From Pyrinomonadaceae bacterium (GTDB lineage: Bacteria; Acidobacteriota; Blastocatellia; Pyrinomonadales; Pyrinomonadaceae), in the NCBI GenBank assembly GCA_050747225.1, contig JBOGOP010000003.1, positions 7,893 to 71,892 of the forward strand: 64,000 nt of DNA, in the 5' to 3' direction. Below, piece after piece: positions 22,696-31,433 of this stretch. Both the position numbers and the translations under genes were made by a program. The first letter of the stretch is position 1; every line of letters begins with the position of its first letter. The notes beneath the pieces were generated by a model. That model made no database searches and was not told the origin of the DNA. It worked only from the letters and a program-made list of their open reading frames with translations.

Positions 22696-22960
22696 AGCCG
22701 AAGGCGAAGAGGACATGTTGCCAGAGTATGACTTCAGCAAGATGAAGCTCGTCGGGCGTGGAATCTATGCCAAACGGTTTCGTGCGGGCACGAACATTGT
22801 ATTGTTGGATCGTGACGTCCGAAAAGCTTTCCCTGATGACGAATCGGTGAATGAAGCGCTGCGTGTAATCGCCAAGCTGGCAAAACAGCAGGCCTCGCGC
22901 GCCCGAAAGCCTCAGCGGCGGAGCGCGAAACAGGCACCGAAGTCGCGACGGGCAGCATAA
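22676..22960 (+). CDS. brnA: BrnA-like antitoxin
   Basis: Overlaps the brnT stop. It carries the EYDFSKMK..GRGIYAKRF motif typical of BrnT partners. An alternative ATG is at 22715. Confidence 0.6.
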   Translation: MKKKTNRAEGEEDMLPEYDFSKMKLVGRGIYAKRFRAGTNIVLLDRDVRKAFPDDESVNEALRVIAKLAKQQASRARKPQRRSAKQAPKSRRAA

Positions 22961-23075
22961 GCCCGATGAGCAAACAAGAACCCTCGACCTATAGACCTTT
23001 TGTCTTCACTGTAATTGAAGACGATGGGGTGAACGTCGAAATAGAAGGCTACTCCCGGACACCGACGATCCCATC

Positions 23076-23609
23076 TTGAAAGCGAAAACCATCAATGTTG
23101 GAGCGTTCCTAGACGAGGGCCTTAGGCTTTTCAGAGAGCGGGGCATGGTTAGTTGCTGGCAGATGAACGCCTGTGAATCGGCGGGGATGTGGACTCAGTA
23201 CGGAAAGAACACCGACGCAATATGCATTCAAAGTACATACTCAACGTTTAGAGCGTGTCTTGATGGGGCGATCCACGACGCGTTAGCAAAGTGCGGTGAG
23301 ACCACGATTCATACGGGATTGGTGGATTATGGCTATGACCCCCCAAGCGATCATTGGAAAGCTGCTATGTACAAACGTAAAGAGTATGCACAAGAGCAAG
23401 AGATGCGCGCGCTTGTCTGTAATTATAACGAAGTACCCGAAGTCGGCATGTACATCAAAGTTGATCTTGACCTACTAGTGGACGTCATTTATGTAGCTCC
23501 GAATTCAAACCCTTGGTTCATATTTCTGGTAAAGCAGGTCATCAACAGGTACGGCTTGCCTAACAAGCCGGTTGAACGCTCAGCATTGGAAGAAAAGCCC
23601 TATTTCTGA
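23076..23609 (+). CDS. DUF2971-like protein, possibly 5'-truncated or frameshifted
   Basis: TTG start. The CWQMNACESAGMWTQYGKNTDAICIQ motif resembles DUF2971. A 37-codon ORF (22966-23079) in another frame abuts the start. Confidence 0.4.
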   Translation: MKAKTINVGAFLDEGLRLFRERGMVSCWQMNACESAGMWTQYGKNTDAICIQSTYSTFRACLDGAIHDALAKCGETTIHTGLVDYGYDPPSDHWKAAMYKRKEYAQEQEMRALVCNYNEVPEVGMYIKVDLDLLVDVIYVAPNSNPWFIFLVKQVINRYGLPNKPVERSALEEKPYF

Positions 23610-23624
23610 TTTCGTGACAAGCTT

Positions 23625-24614
23625 ATGATGCGACTGCCCAAATTTGACTACCGCGTCCCGCGAGAGATCGCGGAGGCGGTGAAGATCATCGCCGGCGCAG
23701 GACCGGAAGGGCAGTTCGTTGCCGGCGGCACCGATCTCTATCCAAACATGAAGCGCCGTCAACAGACGCCGCGCACTGTCATTTCCGTGATGCGCCTGCC
23801 GGAATTGAATCAGATAACAGGCGACGGCAAGTCAGGCATTCGCATCGGCGCGTCCGTTACCCTCACTGACATCGTCGAGCATCCACTAATCAACCGCGAC
23901 TATCCGGTCATCGCTCACGCAGCGCGCTCAATCTCCACGCCCATCCTGCGCAACATGGGCACCATCGGCGGAAATCTTTTATTGGATACGCGCTGCAACT
24001 ACTACGATCAGAACTACGAATGGCGCAAAGGCATAAATTTCTGTTTGAAAAAAGACGGCGACGTTTGTTGGGTTGCACCCGGGAGCTCGAAGTGTTGGGC
24101 GGTGCAGTCATCGGATCTGGTACCGGTAATGGTGGCGATCGGCGCCAGGTTTCGTTTGGCGTCAACGCTGGGCGAGCGAATGATCGACGCCGCGGGGTTC
24201 TACAACGACGACGGCATTGACTATCTGAAGAAGCGGCCGGACGAGTTGCTGGTCGACATTCATTTGCCGCCGCTCAATGGCTGGCGTGCGTCTTATCAAA
24301 AACTTCGCCGCCGTGGCGCGTTTGACTTTCCCGTTCTTGGGGTTGCTGCCTGGGTGCAAGTTGACCATGCGGGTTCGGTCAAGGATGCGAGACTGATCCT
24401 TGGAGGTATCGCGCCATCGCCCGTCGAAGTGAAGGAAGCCGGCGAAGCTTTGCTGGGCGAACCACTCGACGACGATCATATACAGGCCGCCGCTGAAGCC
24501 GCTTACATCAAGGCACGCCCGCTCGACAACACCGACTTCGTCATGAACTGGCGCAAACAGATGACGCGGCAATACACGCTTCGCGCTCTTCAGGAACTGG
24601 TTGCTTCGGAGTAG
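23625..24614 (+). CDS. FAD-binding medium subunit with a 4-Cys insertion (HcrB-like)
   Basis: FAD-binding PCMH-type blocks (AGGTDLYPNMK, GTIGGNL). A Cys-X15-Cys-X7-Cys-X8-Cys insertion spans residues 124-157. Confidence 0.85.
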   Translation: MMRLPKFDYRVPREIAEAVKIIAGAGPEGQFVAGGTDLYPNMKRRQQTPRTVISVMRLPELNQITGDGKSGIRIGASVTLTDIVEHPLINRDYPVIAHAARSISTPILRNMGTIGGNLLLDTRCNYYDQNYEWRKGINFCLKKDGDVCWVAPGSSKCWAVQSSDLVPVMVAIGARFRLASTLGERMIDAAGFYNDDGIDYLKKRPDELLVDIHLPPLNGWRASYQKLRRRGAFDFPVLGVAAWVQVDHAGSVKDARLILGGIAPSPVEVKEAGEALLGEPLDDDHIQAAAEAAYIKARPLDNTDFVMNWRKQMTRQYTLRALQELVASE

Positions 24615-24620
24615 GTCCTG

Positions 24621-24737
24621 GGTTGGTCTTTGGACTTAGGTCTTGGGCCTTTGGTCTTTGTGCCGAACCCGACCATGCCAACCTCATGACAAAAACCGAA
24701 ATCCAAAATCCAAAGTCCAAAGTCCAAAGACCAAAGA
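24621..24737. repeat. Heptamer-periodic inverted repeat, units GGTCTTT/CAAAGTC/CAAAGAC
   Basis: Left arm 24621-24660 and right arm 24701-24737. The right arm lies inside the 5' end of the next CDS. Confidence 0.85.
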
Positions 24738-25387
24738 CCGATTCGGTTTCCGCGATAATTCTCGCTGCCGGGCGCTCGCAGCGCATGGGCGCGTTCAAGC
24801 CTCTTCTCCCCTTTGGACCGAGGACCGTAATCGAAACCTGCATTGAGAATATGCGCAGCGGCGGTGTTGAGACTGTTGTGATCGTCATTGGCCAGGGCCC
24901 GCGAGCTGAAAAACTCAAAGCTCATCTGGAGAATTCCAACGTTAACTTTGCCATCAACCCCGATCCGCAGAGCGAGATGAGCGACTCAATCGCCTTTGGC
25001 ATTCGCGCGCTGCCCGAGGGCGTTCACGCTGTCATCATCAATCCCGTGGACCATGCGGCGGTGCCGGGCGAAGTAGTTGCAACGCTGATTAGCGAATGGA
25101 AGCAAGGCGCGCGGCTGGTTAAGCCGATCTGGAAAGAGCGTGGCGGACATCCGGTGTTGATAGACCTGGAATTTCGCGACAAGTTATTGAGTCTCGACCC
25201 AAACGGTGGTCTGAAAACCTTCTTTAGCAATCACCAGGCGCAGGTCAAACGCGTGGCAGTAAATTCGAATTATGTTGCGCGCGACATGGACACGTGGGAT
25301 GATTACGCCGCTTTGCACCAGGAGGTTTTTGGCGATGCAGCGCCGGATTTGCCTCGCGAGGGGGAACGAATGTCCGACGCCAACTAA
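24686..25387 (+). CDS. MobA/MocA-like molybdenum-cofactor nucleotidyltransferase
   Basis: AIILAAGRSQRMG motif. ATG 24686 is the only in-frame start upstream of that motif. Confidence 0.8.
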   Translation: MTKTEIQNPKSKVQRPKTDSVSAIILAAGRSQRMGAFKPLLPFGPRTVIETCIENMRSGGVETVVIVIGQGPRAEKLKAHLENSNVNFAINPDPQSEMSDSIAFGIRALPEGVHAVIINPVDHAAVPGEVVATLISEWKQGARLVKPIWKERGGHPVLIDLEFRDKLLSLDPNGGLKTFFSNHQAQVKRVAVNSNYVARDMDTWDDYAALHQEVFGDAAPDLPREGERMSDAN

Positions 25388-25492
25388 CAGTTTGCGTTGC
25401 ATTTAGAGCACCGTTACGTGTGACCAACTAAAACGCTGCCCCACTCATCTAATGCACTGCCCCATCCTTTAGGTAGGGGCAAAGGAGAGTAA

Positions 25493-26020
25493 ATGCATCT
25501 GACAAATCGAAGACCTCTATTGGCTCTGTTTTTTTTCGTCATTCTGGGTTCTTCGTTGGCGTTTGCCCAAAACGGGCCAACCGTCAACTTTTCGCTCCGC
25601 ACCATTGACGGCCAGACAATCACTTCCGACAGTTTGCGCGGTGAGGTTGTCGTGCTGGCGTTTGGCGCGTCCTGGCTGCCGCTGTCAAAGGCGCAGTTGC
25701 AGGGCATCAGGAAACTTGCAGACGAATACAGCGACCGCGGGCTGGTAGTCTACTGGGTAAGCACTGAGTCGGAAGATCCGAAGTCGAAGAATTTTGCCAG
25801 CGATGACCAACTGCGAGCGTTTGCGCAGAAGTACGGTCTTAAAGTTACCGTCCTGCGAGACCCGGATGCCGCAACTTCAAGAAAGTTTGGCGTCGATCAG
25901 CTACCATCTTTCGTAATCATTGATAAGAACGGCGCCGCCAGCGAACCGATTGGCGGACTCGATCCAAACGGCAACCTGGCGAACCAGCTTGCAGAGCGTC
26001 TCGACAAGGTGCTCAATTAA
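25493..26020 (+). CDS. Secreted TlpA/thioredoxin-fold protein lacking the CxxC motif
   Basis: Signal peptide. LAFGASWLPLSKAQL sits where TlpA-type proteins have FWATWCxPC. Confidence 0.7.
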   Translation: MHLTNRRPLLALFFFVILGSSLAFAQNGPTVNFSLRTIDGQTITSDSLRGEVVVLAFGASWLPLSKAQLQGIRKLADEYSDRGLVVYWVSTESEDPKSKNFASDDQLRAFAQKYGLKVTVLRDPDAATSRKFGVDQLPSFVIIDKNGAASEPIGGLDPNGNLANQLAERLDKVLN

Positions 26021-26043
26021 GCTCTTGCCGGATAACAACTACG

Positions 26044-26080
26044 AAGGCCGCCAGCTGCCTGGCGGCCTTTTTCGTTTTTT
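26044..26080 (+). terminator. Rho-independent terminator
   Basis: Stem AAGGCCGCCAG, loop CTGC, stem CTGGCGGCCTT, followed by TTTCGTTTTTT. Confidence 0.8.
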
Positions 26081-26140
26081 GCGCTTGCCCCATGCGGTGT
26101 AATCTAATAACTTGCTATCGTTGTTCATCTAAACATTCCC

Positions 26141-26545
26141 ATGACTTTCAAGTTGATTAATCCTGAGTCGCTGGGCGCACCGCGGGGCTATTCCAACGGC
26201 GTTTTGGCCGATGCTGGCGGCAGAATGCTTTTCGTCGCTGGTCAGATTGGTTGGGACGAGAAGCAAACTATTGTCAGCGACGACTTCGTCACGCAATTCG
26301 ATCGCGCACTTGCGAATGTTGTCACCGTCGTCACTGAAGCGGGTGGCATTGCGCAGCAGATCGCTCGACTCGTCATCTACGTGACCAACAAAAAGGAATA
26401 CGTCGATCGACGCGCCGAAGTCGGCCAGTGCTATCGTGCACATCTCGGCAAACATTTTCCCGCGATGGTGCTTGTCGAGGTGAAGAGCTTGCTGGACGAC
26501 AAAGCGAAGGTAGAAATTGAAGCAGTCGCTGTTTTAAATTCATAG
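26141..26545 (+). CDS. RidA/YjgF-family enamine/imine deaminase
   Basis: 134 aa. Motifs PRGYSNGV, FVAGQIG and the C-terminal VEIEAVA. Confidence 0.85.
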   Translation: MTFKLINPESLGAPRGYSNGVLADAGGRMLFVAGQIGWDEKQTIVSDDFVTQFDRALANVVTVVTEAGGIAQQIARLVIYVTNKKEYVDRRAEVGQCYRAHLGKHFPAMVLVEVKSLLDDKAKVEIEAVAVLNS

Positions 26546-26564
26546 CGCTCGGGTTTCTTCACTG

Positions 26565-27359
26565 ATGTTCACTCCGAATAGTTTCCGATTCGAAACCAGC
26601 GCGTCCGGTGTGGCGACGATCACGCTGAACCGGCCCGAACGCCTCAATGCGTTAACTTTCGAAGTCTATCGCGAACTGACTGATACCTTCGCAGCACTAA
26701 GAAATGAACCTGATGTACGCACGGTAGTGATCACAGGCGCAGGCCGAGCGTTCTGCTCCGGCGGCGATGTGCACGACATCATTGGCGAGCTCTTCAAACG
26801 CGATATGGAAGGCTTGCTCGAGTTTACCCGGATGACCTGTGAACTCGTCACTAACATCAGGGCGCTGCGCAAACCGGTTATCGCGAGTCTTAACGGAACA
26901 ACCGCCGGCGCGGGAGCCTGCATCGCGCTGGCTTCGGACATTCGCATTGCAGCCGAGGAAGCGAAGATTGCCTTTCTGTTTGTGAAGGTGGGGCTCTCAG
27001 GCGCCGACATGGGCGCGGCGTATTTGCTGCCGCGTGTGGTTGGCCTCGCTAAAGCGACGGAACTGCTCTACACCGGCGACTTCATTTCTGCGCAAGAGGC
27101 CGAACGCATAGGCTTGTACAATCGCGTAGTCCCTAACGATCGACTGGCAGCGACGACGCAGGAACTTGCGGAACGACTGGCGCATGGTCCGGCGTTCGCG
27201 CTTGCCAAAACCAAAGAGATGCTCGATCGCGAAGCGCACATGAATTTCGAAACGGCGTTGGAATGCGAGGCGCAGGCCCAGGCTATCTGCATGCAACATC
27301 CCGATTATCGCGAAGCGTATGAAGCGTTTGTTAATAAACGAGAAGCTAATTTCAAGTGA
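26565..27359 (+). CDS. Enoyl-CoA hydratase/isomerase family protein
   Basis: Crotonase blocks ITLNRPERLNAL, ITGAGRAFCSGGD and GTTAGAGACIALASD. Confidence 0.9.
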   Translation: MFTPNSFRFETSASGVATITLNRPERLNALTFEVYRELTDTFAALRNEPDVRTVVITGAGRAFCSGGDVHDIIGELFKRDMEGLLEFTRMTCELVTNIRALRKPVIASLNGTTAGAGACIALASDIRIAAEEAKIAFLFVKVGLSGADMGAAYLLPRVVGLAKATELLYTGDFISAQEAERIGLYNRVVPNDRLAATTQELAERLAHGPAFALAKTKEMLDREAHMNFETALECEAQAQAICMQHPDYREAYEAFVNKREANFK

Positions 27360-27368
27360 TTGCTTATT

Positions 27369-27471
27369 GAACTTTGTACTTTGTTCTTTGTGCTTTGAAC
27401 TTTGCGTCTGCTCGCGGTGGCAATTAAGAAATCGAAGCACAAAAACAAAGTACAAAGAACAAAGTACAAAG
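27369..27471. repeat. Heptamer-periodic inverted repeat, unit ACTTTGT
   Basis: Left arm 27369-27405 and right arm 27435-27471. Confidence 0.9.
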
Positions 27472-27487
27472 GTCGTTCTTAAGATAA

Positions 27488-28639
27488 ATGAACAAATTCA
27501 TAGACCAACTTCCCTTCTTCACGCCTGAGCATCGCACGCTGGCTGCGGACATGGAGTCGTTTGTACAGCTGGAGATTGAGCCGCGAGCAATTGAAGAGCG
27601 CGATCTGGATGCTCAACTGCGCGAATTCGTCGGCGTGCTCGCGAAGGCAGGCGCGTTGCAATACTCTGTTGCCTTGCCTGACACCAAACTAGACGTCCGC
27701 GCTCTGTGTCTAGTTCGCGAAGCGCTATCGTACTCCTCCGCGCTGGCTGACCTCGCTTTCGTCATGCAGGGGTTGGGCACCTTTGCTATCAGCCAGGCCG
27801 CACCGGAACACCTGCGCGATTTCTGGGTTACCCGCGCGGTCGAGGGAAAAGCGGTTGCCGCGTTTGCCTTGACCGAACCCGAAGCCGGCTCCGACGTGGC
27901 TGCAATCAAGACTACCGCCACGCGCGATGGCGATGCTTACGTGATCAATGGCCGGAAGCGTTTTATCTCCAACGCCGGTGTCGCCGATTTCTACACAGTG
28001 TTTGCGCGAACCGGAACCGACGCGAACGGACGGGCTTCTTTATCCGCGTTTGTGGTCGGCGCAAAGATGCCCGGTTTCAGTGTAATTGAGCGAACCGCGA
28101 TGATCTCTGCGCACCCGATTGGTGAAATTGAATTCAACGGTTGCCGCGTGCCGGCGGAAGATATGGTTGGGGGTGAAGGCGATGGCTTCGTCCTGGCCAT
28201 GCGCACTATGGACACTTTTCGCGCCAGCGTTGGCGCCGCCGCCTGTGGCATGGCGCGGCGGGCACTCGATGAAGCGCTGCGTTATGCGGTTACCCGCAGA
28301 CAATTCGGCCGTCTACTAGCTGAGCATCAACTGATCCAGGAGAAGTTGGCAGACATGGTCACCGAACTCGAGGCCGCCAGACTTCTCGTTTATCGCGCCG
28401 CGCATTTGAAAGATACGGGGACTGGCCGCGTTACTCGCGAGGCGAGCGAGGCAAAACTTTACGCCACCGAGGCGGCCTGCCGCATTATTGATCAGGCGGT
28501 GCAGATTCATGGTGGCTCGGGCCTCGTGCGTGGCAGTGTCGTTGAGAGACTCTATCGAGACGTTCGCGCGCTGCGTATTTACGAAGGAACATCTGAGATA
28601 CAGAAGCTAATCATCGCGAGCCAGCTATTGAAGGAATAG
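27488..28639 (+). CDS. Acyl-CoA dehydrogenase
   Basis: Motifs ALTEPEAGSD, KRFISNAG, QIHGGSG and YEGTSEIQ. Confidence 0.9.
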   Translation: MNKFIDQLPFFTPEHRTLAADMESFVQLEIEPRAIEERDLDAQLREFVGVLAKAGALQYSVALPDTKLDVRALCLVREALSYSSALADLAFVMQGLGTFAISQAAPEHLRDFWVTRAVEGKAVAAFALTEPEAGSDVAAIKTTATRDGDAYVINGRKRFISNAGVADFYTVFARTGTDANGRASLSAFVVGAKMPGFSVIERTAMISAHPIGEIEFNGCRVPAEDMVGGEGDGFVLAMRTMDTFRASVGAAACGMARRALDEALRYAVTRRQFGRLLAEHQLIQEKLADMVTELEAARLLVYRAAHLKDTGTGRVTREASEAKLYATEAACRIIDQAVQIHGGSGLVRGSVVERLYRDVRALRIYEGTSEIQKLIIASQLLKE

Positions 28640-28742
28640 GTAGGACAGACATTCCTGTCTGTCCTCTTTCGATTTCTAGCTTTTTTACGTTGCCATCGAA
28701 TCTTCAACTCCTAACCGGCGACAGGCAGGAATGCCTGTCCTA
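28639..28742. repeat. Composite REP-like element, second copy of 4903-5003
   Basis: GTAGGACAGACATTCCTGTCTGTCC ... GACAGGCAGGAATGCCTGTCCTAC. Confidence 0.85.
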
Positions 28743-28747
28743 CTTAA

Positions 28748-29878
28748 ATGAAAATCAACATCATCGGCGGCGGGCCGGCAGGAATGTACTTCGCCATCCT
28801 GATGAAGAAGGCGGACCCCGCGCATGAGATCACGGTTTACGAACGCAATGGGCCGGACGATACGTTTGGCTGGGGCGTGGTCTTTTCCGGAAAAACATTA
28901 GCAAACCTCCGCGCCGCAGATGAAGAGTCACATGCCGAGATAACGCGGGCGTTTGCCGCCTGGGACAATGTTGATGTCGTTCATGGACAGGAAAAGATTT
29001 CGATCCACGGCAATAGCTTTTCCGGCATCGCTCGTCTCCAGCTTCTCAAAATCCTGCAACGACGCTGCGAACAACTCGGCGTTCAGCTGCTTTTCCGGAC
29101 TGAAGTCCCTGATCTTGATTCACTGCGGCCAAACAGCGACTTGCTCGTAGCCGCAGACGGAGTCAACAGCACCGCGCGAAAACAATACTCAAAACATTTC
29201 CTTCCCACATTGGATGTTCGTCCGAATCGTTACATCTGGTATGGCACCAATCGGTTGTTTCATGGCCTGACGTTGACCTTTCGCGAAAACGAGGCCGGGG
29301 TATTTGCCGCCCACTCGTACAAATTCAACCAGACCACCAGCACGTTCATCGTCGAATGCGATCAAGAAGCCTGGCAGACAGCGGATTTTTCCTCGATGCC
29401 CGATGACGAGACGCAAGCGTACCTGGAAGGAGTGTTCGCACCGGATCTGGACGGCCAACCGTTGCTGTCAAACAATTCCAAGTGGATTAACTTTCTCCTG
29501 GTGAAAAACGACAAATGGTTTTTTGAGAATGTGGTAATGATTGGCGACGCGCTCCACACGGCGCACTTCTCCATTGGGTCAGGCACCAAGTTGGCATTGG
29601 AAGATGCCATCGCGCTCTTTGATTGTTTTCAAAAGAACGGAACGGTCTTCGACGCGCTGAGGGAATTCGAGTCAACGCGCAAACCGGTAATCGAGGAGTA
29701 TCAAGCGGCGGCATTTGAAAGCATGTGCTGGTTTGAGAATGCGCGAGAATATATGCATCTGAGCCCAATCGAACTTGCTTACACGCTAATGACGAGAAGT
29801 GGGCGAGTTGATAAAAGCGCGCTCCGACATCGGGATCCGGAGTTTGTTGCCGTATACGACGCTGCGAAAAGATCCTAG
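28748..29878 (+). CDS. FAD-dependent monooxygenase resembling the N-terminal half of 2-aminobenzoyl-CoA monooxygenase/reductase (salicylyl-CoA 5-hydroxylase type)
   Basis: IIGGGPAGMYFA...ERNGPDDTFGWGVVFSGKTL...FSGIARLQLLKILQ...ADGVNS...IGDALHTAHFSIGSGTKLALEDA. Confidence 0.75.
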   Translation: MKINIIGGGPAGMYFAILMKKADPAHEITVYERNGPDDTFGWGVVFSGKTLANLRAADEESHAEITRAFAAWDNVDVVHGQEKISIHGNSFSGIARLQLLKILQRRCEQLGVQLLFRTEVPDLDSLRPNSDLLVAADGVNSTARKQYSKHFLPTLDVRPNRYIWYGTNRLFHGLTLTFRENEAGVFAAHSYKFNQTTSTFIVECDQEAWQTADFSSMPDDETQAYLEGVFAPDLDGQPLLSNNSKWINFLLVKNDKWFFENVVMIGDALHTAHFSIGSGTKLALEDAIALFDCFQKNGTVFDALREFESTRKPVIEEYQAAAFESMCWFENAREYMHLSPIELAYTLMTRSGRVDKSALRHRDPEFVAVYDAAKRS

Positions 29879-31347
29879 CCCTTCCATTCAGGCGCGAGTA
29901 ATCGTCGTCGCCCTTCATCAACGGTCGCAATTCTCGGCTCGTCCAGCTCAAAACGATCCCAAAGCTTGCAGGTGACCGGACGATGCGCCTGATCAAGCGC
30001 TTCACAATAGTTGGTGTAGGTGCAGCGCCGTACCTCATCACCGCGTCCGAGTTTCACCTTAATAAACCAGTCCGGATCGGCAAGCGCCTGGCGAGCGAAG
30101 CCGGCGATGTCGGCCTGTCCCTGCGCCAGAATCGTTTCGGCTTGTGCGAAAGTAGTAATACCTCCGGCACCGACGATCGGTGTATCGAGCCGCGCTTCGT
30201 TCACTGCTCGTTTGATTGCGGCAACCAACGGAACGTTGCGACCAAATGGCCCGGCAGCATCAGAAAGAACTGTCGGCATACATTCGTAACCGCTCTGACC
30301 AGTGTAGGGATAGACTGCCTGACCAACTTTCGGCTGCTGCGCGTCTTCAAATTTTCCACCCTTTGAAAGCGAGAGAAAATCAAAACCTGCACGAGCAAAC
30401 TCAACGCCGAAATAGATCGCATCTTCAACTCGGTTGCCGCCCGCGATTACTTCATCCGCTAAAAACCGCGTGCCGACAACATAATCTTTACCCACCGTTC
30501 TTCTCACAGCCTGAAAAACTTCCAGAGGCAGCCGCAGGCGATTCTCGCGCGAGCCTCCATAACCGTCATCGCGATCATTAACGGCACTGAGAAAGCCGGC
30601 CATCGTGTAGGCGTGAGCGTAATGCAGCTCGACGCCGTCAAATCCCGCCTCGCGCGCGCGACCAGCCGCCGCTGCAAAAATGTTCGGCAATACCTGCGGC
30701 AATTCGCAGACATGTGGCAGATGCATATCGGTCACGTGCTCGCGATAACCAAAACGAAGCGATTCCAACTCACGCTCGTCGAGTATGTTATCGACAACTT
30801 CATCCGGCGCATTGTTAAGAAACGCGCGCACCTTTGCTTCGTCTGCATCCAGCCACGCTGCTTCTTCAGTAATCTCCGCGAGTGCCTTTCGATGACGATC
30901 TTTGACTTGCAGGAAGCGGGCGAAGTACTTCTCTTTTTCGGGACGGCGCTTTACAGACAGGAAGTCGATGATCTGGATGAACAGTTTGGTCTCGCCGCCG
31001 CTCGCCTCCTTCACGGTTTCCACCAGCTGCTTAAGCCCGGGGATGAACCGATCATGGCCAATGCGCAGCAAAGGTCCGCTGGGAATGTCACGCACTCCGG
31101 TCGCCTCAACAACCAAAACCCCAGGTCGCCCCTGAGCGAAACGTCGATACCAATCAAGGTTCTCAGGCGTGACGAAACCGTCTTCCGTGGCGCGCCAGGG
31201 AACCATCGCCGGCACCCAGGTGCGGCTGGTGGCTTGTAACGATCCAATGTTGATCGGTTGGTAAAGAAGAGACTGTGCTGCTTCCCTGGCTGTGGGCCAG
31301 CGCGTTGCGGGAATTGAGTGGCGGATTGGATTGGCAAACTTCCACAT
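29875..31347 (-). CDS. Old-yellow-enzyme-family NADH:flavin oxidoreductase
   Basis: 490 aa. TIM-barrel OYE blocks (GVLVVEATGV, GFDGVELHYAHAYTMAGFLS, NRLRLPLEV). Its stop overlaps the convergent monooxygenase stop within CTAG. Confidence 0.8.
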   Translation of the reverse strand: MWKFANPIRHSIPATRWPTAREAAQSLLYQPINIGSLQATSRTWVPAMVPWRATEDGFVTPENLDWYRRFAQGRPGVLVVEATGVRDIPSGPLLRIGHDRFIPGLKQLVETVKEASGGETKLFIQIIDFLSVKRRPEKEKYFARFLQVKDRHRKALAEITEEAAWLDADEAKVRAFLNNAPDEVVDNILDERELESLRFGYREHVTDMHLPHVCELPQVLPNIFAAAAGRAREAGFDGVELHYAHAYTMAGFLSAVNDRDDGYGGSRENRLRLPLEVFQAVRRTVGKDYVVGTRFLADEVIAGGNRVEDAIYFGVEFARAGFDFLSLSKGGKFEDAQQPKVGQAVYPYTGQSGYECMPTVLSDAAGPFGRNVPLVAAIKRAVNEARLDTPIVGAGGITTFAQAETILAQGQADIAGFARQALADPDWFIKVKLGRGDEVRRCTYTNYCEALDQAHRPVTCKLWDRFELDEPRIATVDEGRRRLLAPEWKG

Positions 31348-31433
31348 ATGTTCGCGTTCACTTTATCACGGAGCCTGCGGTTGCTGGGCGAATGCGACGA
31401 CAGCGATAGTGACGTGATTTGAGCTTGACACGC

